A DNA stretch of 64,000 bases from Terriglobia bacterium (GCA_020073585.1 JAIQEV010000005.1:25710-89709); one strand, 5' to 3'. Positions 46,030 to 55,550 are shown, counted from the first letter of the stretch. A program made the numbers and translations. Notes: generated from the letters alone by a model not told the origin.

Positions 46030-47835
46030 TCAGGACTTTTTCTGCGCCAGCGGAAGGGGCACCGGCGTGCTCAGGTCGCGCACCGGGAAAGAGGCCAGCA
46101 CCGCGGGCAGTTCGACGCGGAAGACCGCGCCTCCTTCCGGACGGTTGGCACAGGTGATCCTGCCGCCGTGCTCCTGCACGAATCCGTAGCAGACGCTCAG
46201 GCCCAGCCCGGTGCCTTTGCCCACGGGCTTGGTGGTGTAGAAAGGATCGAAAACGCGATTCGGCTCCTGCATCCCGGGGCCGGTATCGGAAAAGAGCACC
46301 ACGACGTTGCCGCGCTCGCGCAGGCTCTTGATGGTCAGCACGCCCCCGGCGGCCTCCATGGCGTCCAGGGAATTGCTCAGGATGTTGAAGAAAACCTGCA
46401 GCAGTTGATGGCCGTCGCCGCGCACGCCCGGGAGCACCGCTTCGAGCTGCAGCTCGATGCGCGTGGCCGCGGACAAGTCCAACGCGCGCAGTTGCACGGC
46501 ATTGCTGATGATGGTGTTGACGTCCAGGAGCACGCGCTCGCTGGGCACCTGCCGCGCGAAGCTCTGCAGGTTGGCCACCAGCGTCTTGGTGCGCCGCGCC
46601 TGTTCACGGATCTTGCCCGCGGTCCGCCGCGTTCTTTCGGGCAGCGCGGAGTCCTCGGCGAGCAGGTCGGAAAAGCCCAGGATGGCGGTCAGCGGATTGT
46701 TGATCTCGTGCGCCGCGCCCGCGGCCAGCTGCCCCAGCGAGACCAGCTTCTCCGACTGCACCAGGTGCTCCTGCATCCGCTGCAGATCCGCGAGGGACTT
46801 TTCGGAGTTGGCCAGCAGGCGCACGCGGTCGGCTTCGCTCAGATGCTGCCGGAAAAAGACCAGAACTCCCAGGGGCAGGGAAGCCAGCAGCACGCCCATC
46901 AGGCGAAATTCGATCACCGGACCGGAATCTTCGCTGAAACGCAGTGCCCAGATGGCAAACAGCGGCAGCGAGAGCACGGTAGCAGTCGCCAGGCGTGCGA
47001 TCACCACATTTTCCCGGCGATGTAGTTCGTTGTCGCGGGCTGCGTCCGCTTCGCCCGCGGGCTCTTCGAGTTCGGCGCGGTGGCGGTAGGCCACCACGCC
47101 CGCCGTTCCCAGCCACAGGAAGGACGCGAGCAGCGGCAGATCATAGAGGCTGCCGGTGTGGTACCTGTGCTCGTCGATGGCCACGTTGATCACCAGCGAA
47201 GCCAGCATGTACAGCGTGGTGCCCGCGAAGACGTGCGCATAGATCTTCCGCCAGGGACCCCGCGTGCGCAGCCACAGATACCCGATGCCGCCCGCAATCA
47301 GCAGATTCTGAATGTTCGCCAGCAGGTTGTAGCTGAAGTTGTACTGTTCCACCGAGGGCACGACGTACATCCAGGGCAGCACGAAGAAACCGTACAGAAA
47401 CACCCACCACACCAGCAGCAGCCCGAAATCCAGATACCCGAAACGCCACTGCGGCTGCGCCCGCCGCCAGTGCGGCTGCAGGGCCAGCGCCGCCATCAGC
47501 GGAACTCCGTGCAGGAAGAAGATGATGTCGCCAGGGAAGAGGTCCGGGAACGGCTGCCGCAGATAGACTTCGAAATACGTCCATTGAAACTGCCCGAACA
47601 TCCACAGGGTGCAGCTCAGCGCCAGCAGCATCCAGAAGATATTGCGCCGCCAGTGCGACGTCCCGGCGTTGAGCAGCAGGCAGCCATTCACCAGCAGCGG
47701 AAGCACGCACTGCGTCAGGTCGCCGAACGTCGTCAGCGAATACCCGGGCTTGATCATCAGGACGGCAGCAGTGTACCCGCCCAGGACAAAGACCCAGACG
47801 CCGGCGATCCACGCATATGCACGCACCGATGACAT
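46030..47835 (-). CDS. Membrane sensor histidine kinase (polytopic N-terminus, HisKA, HATPase_c), no adjacent response regulator
   Basis: About 8 TM helices. H-box LAAGAAHEINNPL. NILSNSLDAM, DTGPGM, GTGLGLSV. Confidence 0.85.
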   Translation of the reverse strand: MSSVRAYAWIAGVWVFVLGGYTAAVLMIKPGYSLTTFGDLTQCVLPLLVNGCLLLNAGTSHWRRNIFWMLLALSCTLWMFGQFQWTYFEVYLRQPFPDLFPGDIIFFLHGVPLMAALALQPHWRRAQPQWRFGYLDFGLLLVWWVFLYGFFVLPWMYVVPSVEQYNFSYNLLANIQNLLIAGGIGYLWLRTRGPWRKIYAHVFAGTTLYMLASLVINVAIDEHRYHTGSLYDLPLLASFLWLGTAGVVAYRHRAELEEPAGEADAARDNELHRRENVVIARLATATVLSLPLFAIWALRFSEDSGPVIEFRLMGVLLASLPLGVLVFFRQHLSEADRVRLLANSEKSLADLQRMQEHLVQSEKLVSLGQLAAGAAHEINNPLTAILGFSDLLAEDSALPERTRRTAGKIREQARRTKTLVANLQSFARQVPSERVLLDVNTIISNAVQLRALDLSAATRIELQLEAVLPGVRGDGHQLLQVFFNILSNSLDAMEAAGGVLTIKSLRERGNVVVLFSDTGPGMQEPNRVFDPFYTTKPVGKGTGLGLSVCYGFVQEHGGRITCANRPEGGAVFRVELPAVLASFPVRDLSTPVPLPLAQKKS

Positions 47836-47956
47836 GAAGGACCTGAAAGTCCTATTCTATTCGGCCCCGGAAGCATGCGGTGAAAACTGTTTTTCTTGTC
47901 TTGGCGTATCAATAAACGAACGAGACCTGCGGCGTTCCGCAAGAGGCGGCCCTGGC

Positions 47957-48046
47957 TGGCGGAGGAGGAGGGATTCGAACCCCCGAGGCCCTTTCGGGCC
48001 TAACGGTTTTCAAGACCGCCGGTTTCAACCGCTCACCCACTCCTCC
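47957..48046 (-). tRNA. tRNA-Ser (anticodon TGA), CCA encoded
   Basis: Reverse complement GGAGGAG-TG-GGTGAGCGGTTGAAACC-G-GCGGT-CTTGAAA-ACCGT-TAGGCCCGAAAGGGCCTC-GGGGG-TTCGAAT-CCCTC-CTCCTCC-G-CCA. It has a 7-bp acceptor stem, a long variable arm and a T-loop. Confidence 0.9.
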
Positions 48047-48164
48047 GTTTTTAATTCTAGCGTACTCTGCGAGTTAGCGGCCAACTTGCGACACTTTTGG
48101 TTCGAACGGCTGCATTTTGGTGCAGGGGTGTAGCAAGAATTACGGCACTTAGATTTTTGCTTGC

Positions 48165-48214
48165 TTTGCCTGTTAACCGAAGGGCTGCAAGTTCGAATCT
48201 GGCCCGGGGAGCCG
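48165..48214 (+). pseudogene. 3' fragment of a tRNA-Asn(GTT)-like gene (anticodon loop to acceptor 3' strand)
   Basis: TTTGC-CTGTTAA-CCGAA-GGGCT-GCAAG-TTCGAAT-CTGGC-CCGGGGA-G-CCG resembles the 3' two-thirds of bacterial tRNA-Asn. The T-stem has one mismatch. No 5' strand (TCCCCGG) is present upstream, and it ends CCG rather than CCA. Confidence 0.4.
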
Positions 48215-48388
48215 ACTTCTTTTTTGTGGTTAATCAGTTAGAGGGATGCACTACATTGGCCTCACTGGCGTCGCGAGTTCTCGCGGTTTATACTCCCTGC
48301 TCCACGGGGCCGGCAGTGTTCTTCAAAGGTTGTTGCTCGCTGCGGCGGGCAAAGGAATCTCCGGTCAACTTGTGCAGGCCAAGGTGCC

Positions 48389-49405
48389 ATGATGCAAACA
48401 GTCTCGGGCGAGCTGGGCAGCCGTCTGCTTTACTACATGAAGTTCATGCGGGAATTGGAGCACCGGATTGAAAAGCTTTACCGCCAGGGAAAGATCGTAG
48501 GGGGCGTCTTCTTTGGACGCGGCCAGGAAGCGATCTCCGCCGGTAGCGCCATTCTCACCGAACCAGGCGACGTCGTCTGTCCTTCGCACCGGGATCTGGC
48601 GGCGTTCTTGATTCGCGGCATGGAACCGTGGGTGATCGTAGCCCATTATCTGGGGCGGCGCGACGGACCGACCCGCGGGCGCGACGGCAACACGCACATG
48701 GGCTCGCTGAAGCATCACATCATTTCCTATATCAGCTCGATGGCGGCCATCGTTCCGGTGGCCAACGGAGTGGCCTTCTCCTTCCAATATCGGAAGCAAT
48801 CCAATGTCGTGCTTTGCTACTTCGGCGACGGAGCAACGAGCCGGGGAGAATGGCACGAAGCGATGAACTTCGGCGCGGTCTTCAAGTTGCCCATCGTCTA
48901 CATCTGCAATAACAACCAGTATGCGTATTCGACGCCGGTCAGCAGGCAGATGGCGGTTGCGCACATCACGGACCGGGCCAGTGGTTATGGTTTTCCCTGT
49001 CACCGGGTGGACGGCAACGATGTGCTGGCGGTGCATGAAGCGACCAAGGAAGCGATGGCGCGCGCACGGCGCGGGGAGGGGCCGACGCTGCTGGAGTGCG
49101 AAACGTTTCGCATGAGCGGGCATTCCGCGCATGACGGAGCGGAATACGTGCCCAAGGAACTGTTCGAACAATGGGCCCGAAAGTGCCCGATTGCCCGCTT
49201 CGAGAAGGTTCTGCTGGAGGCGTCGGTACTTTCCCGCGCCGAAATCGAGCAGATCGATCAGCGCGTGGAAGCAGAAGTGGAGGAAGCGGTCCGCCGGGCC
49301 GAACTGTCCCCTTACCCCGATCCCGCGGAATTGTTGCTAAACGTCTTTGCGGATACGAGTGAGAAGCAATCGCCGATTGCCTTGCCGAAGGCGGAAGGAA
49401 ACTGA
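48389..49405 (+). CDS. Thiamine-diphosphate-dependent 2-oxoacid dehydrogenase E1 component, alpha subunit
   Basis: YMKFMRELEHRIEKLYRQGKIVGGVFFGRGQEAISAG, YFGDGATSRGEWHEAMNFGAV, ICNNNQYAYSTP. Confidence 0.9.
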   Translation: MMQTVSGELGSRLLYYMKFMRELEHRIEKLYRQGKIVGGVFFGRGQEAISAGSAILTEPGDVVCPSHRDLAAFLIRGMEPWVIVAHYLGRRDGPTRGRDGNTHMGSLKHHIISYISSMAAIVPVANGVAFSFQYRKQSNVVLCYFGDGATSRGEWHEAMNFGAVFKLPIVYICNNNQYAYSTPVSRQMAVAHITDRASGYGFPCHRVDGNDVLAVHEATKEAMARARRGEGPTLLECETFRMSGHSAHDGAEYVPKELFEQWARKCPIARFEKVLLEASVLSRAEIEQIDQRVEAEVEEAVRRAELSPYPDPAELLLNVFADTSEKQSPIALPKAEGN

Positions 49406-49408
49406 GAT

Positions 49409-50383
49409 ATGCCGGAGCTAACTTATCTGGAGGCAATCCGCGAGGGAATCTGGGAAGAGATGGAGCGAGATGACCGCGTCTTCATGCTGGGCGAGGACAT
49501 CGGGGCCTATGGGGGAGCCTTCAAACTTTCCGCCGGAATGCTGGAACATTTTGGTCCGCGCCGCATTGTAGATACTCCCCTGGCGGAAAATGCTTTTTTG
49601 GGAGCGGCCATTGGGGCCGCCATGATGGGGTTACGTCCCATCGTTGAACTGCAATTTGCGGATTTCATTACGACCGCCTACGACCAGATCGTGAACTATG
49701 CCGCCAAAGCGCGCTATCGCTGGGGCGCGGGCATTCCCATGGTGATTCGCGGCCCTGCTGGCGGGGGAGTGCACGGCGGACCATTTCACTCCAATAACCC
49801 GGAAATGCCATTCGTGCACACGCCCGGTTTGAAGGTGGTGGTTCCGGCGAGTGCTTGCGACGCCAAAGGACTGATCAAGGCGGCGATCCGCGATCCCGAT
49901 CCGGTGCTCTTCTTTGAACACAAGCTGCTTTACCGCAGGATTAAGGAAGAGATGCCGCGCGAGGACTTCGTGGTGCCTCTCGGCAAGGCCAGGATTGCGC
50001 GTGCCGGCAAAGACGTTTCCGTCATCACCTACGGCGCGATGGTGTTTGTCGCCCTGGAAGCGGCGGAGGCGCTGGCGCGGGAAGGCCTGGACGTGGAAGT
50101 CATCGATCTCCGCTGCCTCGTGCCACTGGATGAAGCGGCGGTGCTGGGCAGTGTCCGGAAAACCAATCGCGTAATCCTGTTGCACGAGGATACGCGGAGT
50201 GGCGGATTTGCCGGGGAACTCGCTGCCCGGATCGCGCAGCATGCCTTTGCGTATTTGGAAGCGCCGGTGATGCGCGTGACCGCGCCCGATTGCCCCGTGC
50301 CGTTCAGCGCTCCTCTGGAAGAAGCTTTTCTTCCGCAGGCGAAGGATGTCATCGAGGCCGCACGCCAACTGAAGGCCTATTAG
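49409..50383 (+). CDS. 2-oxoacid dehydrogenase E1 component, beta subunit
   Basis: LTYLEAIREGIWEEMERDDRVFMLGEDIG, DTPLAENAF, GGVHGGPFHSNNPE, VEVIDLRCLVPLD. Starts 3 nt after the alpha subunit. Confidence 0.9.
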   Translation: MPELTYLEAIREGIWEEMERDDRVFMLGEDIGAYGGAFKLSAGMLEHFGPRRIVDTPLAENAFLGAAIGAAMMGLRPIVELQFADFITTAYDQIVNYAAKARYRWGAGIPMVIRGPAGGGVHGGPFHSNNPEMPFVHTPGLKVVVPASACDAKGLIKAAIRDPDPVLFFEHKLLYRRIKEEMPREDFVVPLGKARIARAGKDVSVITYGAMVFVALEAAEALAREGLDVEVIDLRCLVPLDEAAVLGSVRKTNRVILLHEDTRSGGFAGELAARIAQHAFAYLEAPVMRVTAPDCPVPFSAPLEEAFLPQAKDVIEAARQLKAY

Positions 50384-50640
50384 AACGATACGCCGGATCA
50401 GGAACGCGGCCCGGGCGGGCGGAAGCGAATCGGGCCGCGCGCGAGCCTTCCCGGCCGCGCTTTGGAACCAGCCCGCCGTTTGCCCCCCGCGGGCGCCGCA
50501 CGTATTACATCCTATGAACAAGAATTAAAATAATGCTATATTCATTTTATGAAGAGGAGTTCGGTGCCACCGCTCCAGCCGGGACCCTCTTGCAGGCCAA
50601 TACGAGGGTTATCGGGCTGGAACAGCAGAGGTGAAATCAC

Positions 50641-51555
50641 GTGAAAGCCCGCTCCATGCTGTTTACTCTCTACGGGGATTACATCCGCCACTTTGGGGGC
50701 ACCATCTGGAGCGGGAGTCTGGTCACCCTCATGGGGGAGTTGGGATTTTCCTCCGGGGCAGTGCGCACGGCGCTGTCGAGGACCTGCCAGCAGGGCTGGC
50801 TCAAGGCCGTCCGCGACGGCAAGAATAGCTTCTACAGTCTGACCAAACTTGGGGAAGAACGCATGGAAGAAGCGGCCCGGCGCATCTTCCATCCGCGCTC
50901 GGGCGTTTGGGACGGGCAATGGACGATCATCACCTATGGCCAGCCGGAAACGAAGCCGGCGGAGCGCGGGCGGCTGCGGGGCGAACTGCAGTGGCTGGGA
51001 TTCGGCCGCTTGATTCCGGGAGTGTGGATATCGCCCAATCCGCTCGGGCGGATTGCGCTGAACCACCTTCGTTTACAGGGGATGAAGGCCTCCGCAGAGG
51101 TCTTCACCGCCCGGCACATCGGCAATGCCAGCAGCGAAGAACTGGTGCGGCGATGCTGGGACATTGCGGCCATCAACCGCAGCTACGAACAGTTCATCCG
51201 AACCTGGCAACCGCGCTGGAAGGCGTGCCAGGGGGAGTTGGCGCGCGGCGCTTCCGTGTCCAACCGGATCTGCTTTGCGGACAAGACCTGGCTGGTGCAC
51301 GAGTATCGCAAATTTCTGTTCATAGACCCCGGTTTGCCTGCCGAATTGCTGCCCAAAGCGTGGGCCGGAGCCGCTGCCTGGCGGCTGTTCCGGAACTACT
51401 ACCAACTTCTCGCCGACGGGGCGCTCGGTTTTTTTGAGCAGGTCTATAAAGCGCCCTCGGAAACCCGCTGGGACGCCACACAGGCTCGGCTGCGGGCCCT
51501 GCAGAACCCATTTGAAAGCTCCTGGGAAAAGGCAGAAACCGCGTCCGTCCGCTGA
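50641..51555 (+). CDS. PaaX-family transcriptional regulator (copy 1)
   Basis: LFTLYGDYIRHFGGTIWSGSLVTLMGELGFSSGAVRTALSRTCQQGWL. C-terminal WDGQWTII...GFGRLIPGVWISP...LVHEYRKFLFIDPGLPAELLP. SD AGAGGTG 7 nt before the GTG start. Confidence 0.85.
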   Translation: MKARSMLFTLYGDYIRHFGGTIWSGSLVTLMGELGFSSGAVRTALSRTCQQGWLKAVRDGKNSFYSLTKLGEERMEEAARRIFHPRSGVWDGQWTIITYGQPETKPAERGRLRGELQWLGFGRLIPGVWISPNPLGRIALNHLRLQGMKASAEVFTARHIGNASSEELVRRCWDIAAINRSYEQFIRTWQPRWKACQGELARGASVSNRICFADKTWLVHEYRKFLFIDPGLPAELLPKAWAGAAAWRLFRNYYQLLADGALGFFEQVYKAPSETRWDATQARLRALQNPFESSWEKAETASVR

Positions 51556-51698
51556 GCGGGCGGCGGGGTTCTGAAAAAGGACGACGAGTGAATTCGTGCT
51601 TGACAAGGGAAATGGTCTGCGCGAAAGTATGTTACAGAAATATAAGTAGAAATAGAAAAGTGTAATAGAAAAACGCTCTTCTCGGGGAATGGCAGGCG

Positions 51699-53522
51699 AT
51701 GGCGACCACGACTTTGACACCGGCCAAAGAGCTGCTTTCGGGCAACGAGGCCATAGCGCGGGGAGCCCTGGAAAACGGAATCCGCGTGGCTACCGGCTAT
51801 CCCGGGACGCCGAGCACGGAGATTTTGGAAACCCTGGCGCGGTACGATGCGGAACACTACGTCTCCTGGTCGCCGAACGAGAAGGTGGCGCTGGACGTCG
51901 GGGTGGGCGGCGCGTTGGCGGGCTCCCGGACACTGGTCACCATGAAACATGTGGGGCTGAACGTGGCTGCGGATACGCTGATGAGCGTGGCCTACACGGG
52001 CGTGCGCGCCGCGCTGGTGATTGTGACGGCGGACGATCCGGGCGTGCATAGTTCCCAGAACGAGCAGGACAACCGCATCTATGCGCGGTTTGCGGAAATC
52101 CCCTTGCTGGAGCCCTCCGACAGTCAGGAAGCCAAAGATTTTGTGCAGCAGGCCTGCGAGATCAGCGAGCGCTTCGATACTCCGGTGCTGCTGCGGAGCA
52201 CCACGCGACTCTCGCACACCAAGGGGATGGTCAGTCTGGGACCGATCGCACCTCCGCCGGTACTCGGCTATGAGCGGAATCTCGCCAAGAACGTCCTGGT
52301 GCCCAGCAATGCACGGGTCCGGCATGAAAAGGTGCTGGAACGGTCGGCGCGGTTGCGGGAGTTTGCCGAAGAGAGTTCGCTGAACCGCTGGGAGCGGGGC
52401 AGCAATGCCGTGGGGGTGATCACCAGCGGCATGGCTTACCAGTACGTGAAGGAGGTCTTGCCGGAAGCGAGCATTCTCAAACTCGGACTCATCCACCCGC
52501 TGCCGCTCGATCTGCTGCGGAAGTTTGCCGCCAGCGTGCAGCGCCTGCTGGTCGTGGAGGAGCTGGAACCGGTCATTGAAGAGCAATTGAAGGCCGCCGG
52601 AATCGCGGTGGAAGGGAAAGAATTTTTTCCGCGCCTGGGTGAGTTCAGTCCGGAACGCGTCCGCCAGGGATTTCAGAAGGCCGGCGTGCTCCCCAGTCCC
52701 CCGAAAAATATGGAACCGGAAAAGGGCCTGGCGGTGCAGGAAAATCTGTTCCGGCCTCCGGCTTTGTGCCCCGGCTGTCCGCATAGCGTGCCGTATCTGG
52801 TTTTGAAAAAGCTGAATGCGCTGGTGGTCGGCGATATCGGGTGTTACACGCTGGCGGTTTACGAACCTCTGGCCGCTATCGAGACTACTTTGGCGATGGG
52901 CTGCAGCATCGGCATGGCCGTGGGCTTGCAAAAAGGCGGAGACGGCGCCCGGCCGATCGTGGCCACCATCGGCGATTCCACATTCTTTCACTCGGGCATC
53001 CCTCCGCTGATCGATGCGCTTTACAACAACGCCAGGATTACCGTTCTCATTCTCGACAACCAGACCACGGCCATGACGGGCGGCCAGGAGCATGCGGGAA
53101 CGGGCAAGAACATCCGGGGAGAAAAGGTCCGTACGATCGAGATTGCCAAGCTTTGCAAGGCGCTGGGTGTGGAGCACGTTCAGGGGGTGGACCCTTACGA
53201 TGTCGCAGCCGTTTTCCGCACCTTGAAATCAGCCATCAACCATGACGGCGTTTCCGTGGTCATCACCAATCGTCCGTGTGTAGTATCTCCGGTAACCATA
53301 CGAACCACACCGTATGCCGTGAATGGGAAAGAGTGCGATGCCTGTCAGATCTGCATGAATCTCGGCTGTCCGGCGATCGTCTGGACCGAAGAGATCCACC
53401 AAGGCCAGCACAAGGTGACGATAGACGCGCGGACCTGCATGGGCTGCGCGGTATGCGCGTTGCTGTGCCCCACCGAAGCCATTGTGGCCCTTGCGAATGA
53501 TCCGGCGCGGCGTGCCGTCTGA
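51699..53522 (+). CDS. iorA: Indolepyruvate:ferredoxin oxidoreductase alpha subunit
   Basis: 607 aa. LSGNEAIARGALENGIRVATGYPGTPSTEI, TPP box GDSTFFHSG...NN, C-terminal 2x[4Fe-4S] CDACQICMNLGCP / CMGCAVCALLCP. Confidence 0.9.
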   Translation: MATTTLTPAKELLSGNEAIARGALENGIRVATGYPGTPSTEILETLARYDAEHYVSWSPNEKVALDVGVGGALAGSRTLVTMKHVGLNVAADTLMSVAYTGVRAALVIVTADDPGVHSSQNEQDNRIYARFAEIPLLEPSDSQEAKDFVQQACEISERFDTPVLLRSTTRLSHTKGMVSLGPIAPPPVLGYERNLAKNVLVPSNARVRHEKVLERSARLREFAEESSLNRWERGSNAVGVITSGMAYQYVKEVLPEASILKLGLIHPLPLDLLRKFAASVQRLLVVEELEPVIEEQLKAAGIAVEGKEFFPRLGEFSPERVRQGFQKAGVLPSPPKNMEPEKGLAVQENLFRPPALCPGCPHSVPYLVLKKLNALVVGDIGCYTLAVYEPLAAIETTLAMGCSIGMAVGLQKGGDGARPIVATIGDSTFFHSGIPPLIDALYNNARITVLILDNQTTAMTGGQEHAGTGKNIRGEKVRTIEIAKLCKALGVEHVQGVDPYDVAAVFRTLKSAINHDGVSVVITNRPCVVSPVTIRTTPYAVNGKECDACQICMNLGCPAIVWTEEIHQGQHKVTIDARTCMGCAVCALLCPTEAIVALANDPARRAV

Positions 53523-53532
53523 GCAGGAGAGT

Positions 53533-54381
53533 ATGGAAAGCCCAGCAACGCAAAACGTGCTGATCGTAGGCGTCGGAGGCCAGGGAGTGCTCCTGGCCAG
53601 CGACATCCTGGGAACCGTCTGTTTGGGGCGGGGTTATCAGGTCAAGAAGAGCGAAGTGCACGGCATGGCCAAGCGGGGAGGAGTGGTTTACAGCCATGTC
53701 CGCTACGGCACCCAAGTCCTTTCTCCGACGATCGAACCGGGCACCAGCGATGTGCTCTTGGCCTTCGAGCCGGCCGAAGCCCTGCGCTGGAGCAAATACG
53801 TCAAGCCGACCGGCACGGTAATCGTAAACACGCAGAAACGCATTCCCCCGGCCGCCTGTCAGGATCGCCGCCCGGATGCGCTTACGCGCTACCCGCGCGG
53901 GATTGAACAGGCGCTGCGGAGTCAGATTGAGGATGTGCGGCGGTTCGATGCGGAAACGCTGGCCTTCGAATTGGGAGACCTCCGGATGTGCAACACCGTG
54001 CTTCTCGGAGCGCTCTCCCGGGTTTGCGAATTTTCCGCCGAGGAATGGCTTGCGGCCATTGAAAAGAGCGTAAAGCCAAGAACCGCGGAATTGAACCGTC
54101 GGGCGTTCCTGGCTGGCCGCAGCGTGGAGTTTCCCTGCGCCGAAGAGCCGCAAGCCGAGGAGCTGGTCTTCGAGAAGAGGGAAGCGGCCCGCGACGAAGC
54201 TCCGTTCATTGAAATTCGGCAGAATTGGTGCAAGGGATGCGAGATCTGCGTGCGCGTCTGCCCGCAGAACTGTCTGGTAATGAACGGCAGCAAACTTGCG
54301 GAAGTGGCCAAGGCCGAAACCTGTATCCGCTGCATGCTGTGTGAATGGTTATGCCCGGATCTGGCGGTCAGCGTCCACTAG
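53533..54381 (+). CDS. iorB: Indolepyruvate:ferredoxin oxidoreductase beta subunit fused to a C-terminal 2x[4Fe-4S] delta-subunit-like ferredoxin domain
   Basis: AGGAGA SD. NVLIVGVGGQGVLLASDILG...EVHGMAKRGGVVYSHVR (IorB/gamma fold, ~205 aa), then ~80 aa with CKGCEICVRVCP and CIRCMLCEWLCP. Confidence 0.85.
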   Translation: MESPATQNVLIVGVGGQGVLLASDILGTVCLGRGYQVKKSEVHGMAKRGGVVYSHVRYGTQVLSPTIEPGTSDVLLAFEPAEALRWSKYVKPTGTVIVNTQKRIPPAACQDRRPDALTRYPRGIEQALRSQIEDVRRFDAETLAFELGDLRMCNTVLLGALSRVCEFSAEEWLAAIEKSVKPRTAELNRRAFLAGRSVEFPCAEEPQAEELVFEKREAARDEAPFIEIRQNWCKGCEICVRVCPQNCLVMNGSKLAEVAKAETCIRCMLCEWLCPDLAVSVH

Positions 54382-54395
54382 CCACCGGGAGTCCA

Positions 54396-55550
54396 ATGGA
54401 GAAGATGACCAAACCAGTACAATTGCTGCAGGGGAACGCGGCTTGTGCGCGGGCGGCGATCGCCGCGGGATGCCGCTTCTACGGAGGCTACCCCATCAGT
54501 CCGTCCTCGGAAATCGCGGAAACCATGGCCAAGCTCCTCCCGCGGGTAGGCGGCAAGTTCATTCAGATGGAAGATGAGATCGCTTCCCTGGCCGCGGTTA
54601 TCGGCGCGTCCCTGGCGGGCATGAAGGCCATGACGGCCACCAGCGGTCCGGGGTTTTCCCTGATGCAGGAGCATATTGGTTTTGCCTGCTATACCGAGGT
54701 GCCTTGTGTGGTGGTGGACGTGATGCGGGGCGGCCCGAGCACCGGATTGCCCACCTCCCCTTCCCAGGCCGATGTCATGCAGGCGCGCTGGGGAACGCAC
54801 GGCGATCATCCGGCCATCGCCCTGTGCGCCAGCTCGCCCGGCGAAGTCTACGAACTCACCGTGCGCGCATTCAATCTGGCGGAGCGCCTGCGCACGCCGG
54901 TGATCTTGCTCCTGGATGAAGTCGTAGCGCACATGTACGAGAAGGTGGACCTGGGCCGCCTGGCCGGGCTTCCCGTGGAAGATCGCAGGAAACCGAAGGG
55001 CGCGCCGGGGAAGCTGGAAGCCTATGCCGCGGGAGAGGATGGAGTACCGGCGATGGCGCCATTTGGAGAGGGCTATCGTTACCATGTGACCGGTCTGGCC
55101 CATGACTCGCGGGGATATCCGACGCAGGATCCTGCTGTTGTGGAGACGACGCAAAGGCGCTTGCAGCGAAAAGTGGACCGGTGCCGCAAGGAGATTGTCA
55201 GCTACGAACTCCTGCAGTGTGAGGATGCCGAGGTGATCGTCTTCGCGTACGGAATTGTGGCCGCGGCGGCGCGGCAGGCGGTGCGGCAGGCGCGGCAACG
55301 GGGGATTCGGGCGGGATTGTTTCGCGCCATCACCTTGTGGCCTTTTCCGGGGGAGGAGCTGGCCGCCGCGGTGAAACAAGCCAAGCGCATCGTGGTGGCG
55401 GAAATGAATCTGGGGCAAATGACGGGAGAAGTGGAGCGGGCGGTCGGAAAGAAGAAGACGGTCAAGACCTGCTTGAAGGCGAACGGAGAAGCCATCACCC
55501 CCGATGAGATTTTTTCCGCACTGCAAGCTGAGGATGCCTGCCATGCTTGA
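54396..55550 (+). CDS. 2-oxoacid:ferredoxin oxidoreductase alpha subunit (four-subunit Por/Vor/Kor type)
   Basis: LLQGNAACARAAIAAGCRFYGGYPISPSSEI, MTATSGPGFSLMQE, RGGPSTGLPT. Confidence 0.9.
   Translation: MEKMTKPVQLLQGNAACARAAIAAGCRFYGGYPISPSSEIAETMAKLLPRVGGKFIQMEDEIASLAAVIGASLAGMKAMTATSGPGFSLMQEHIGFACYTEVPCVVVDVMRGGPSTGLPTSPSQADVMQARWGTHGDHPAIALCASSPGEVYELTVRAFNLAERLRTPVILLLDEVVAHMYEKVDLGRLAGLPVEDRRKPKGAPGKLEAYAAGEDGVPAMAPFGEGYRYHVTGLAHDSRGYPTQDPAVVETTQRRLQRKVDRCRKEIVSYELLQCEDAEVIVFAYGIVAAAARQAVRQARQRGIRAGLFRAITLWPFPGEELAAAVKQAKRIVVAEMNLGQMTGEVERAVGKKKTVKTCLKANGEAITPDEIFSALQAEDACHA

Noticed and set aside
48124-48214. A complete second tRNA (or intron-containing tRNA) next to tRNA-Ser.
   Set aside because: The 3' half looks like tRNA-Asn, but no 5' acceptor strand complementary to CCGGGGA exists upstream. 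The span would be ~90 nt with an unpaired insert, and the 3' end is CCG. It is called a fragment instead.
50564-50644. 26-codon upstream ORF (GTG 50564, strong GAGGAG SD) whose TGA overlaps the GTG start of PaaX copy 1.
   Set aside because: PaaX copy 1 has its own good SD (AGAGGTG). The uORF peptide (VPPLQPGPSCRPIRGLSGWNSRGEIT) has no recognisable features, and I cannot test conservation. It is left as an unverified possibility rather than a feature.
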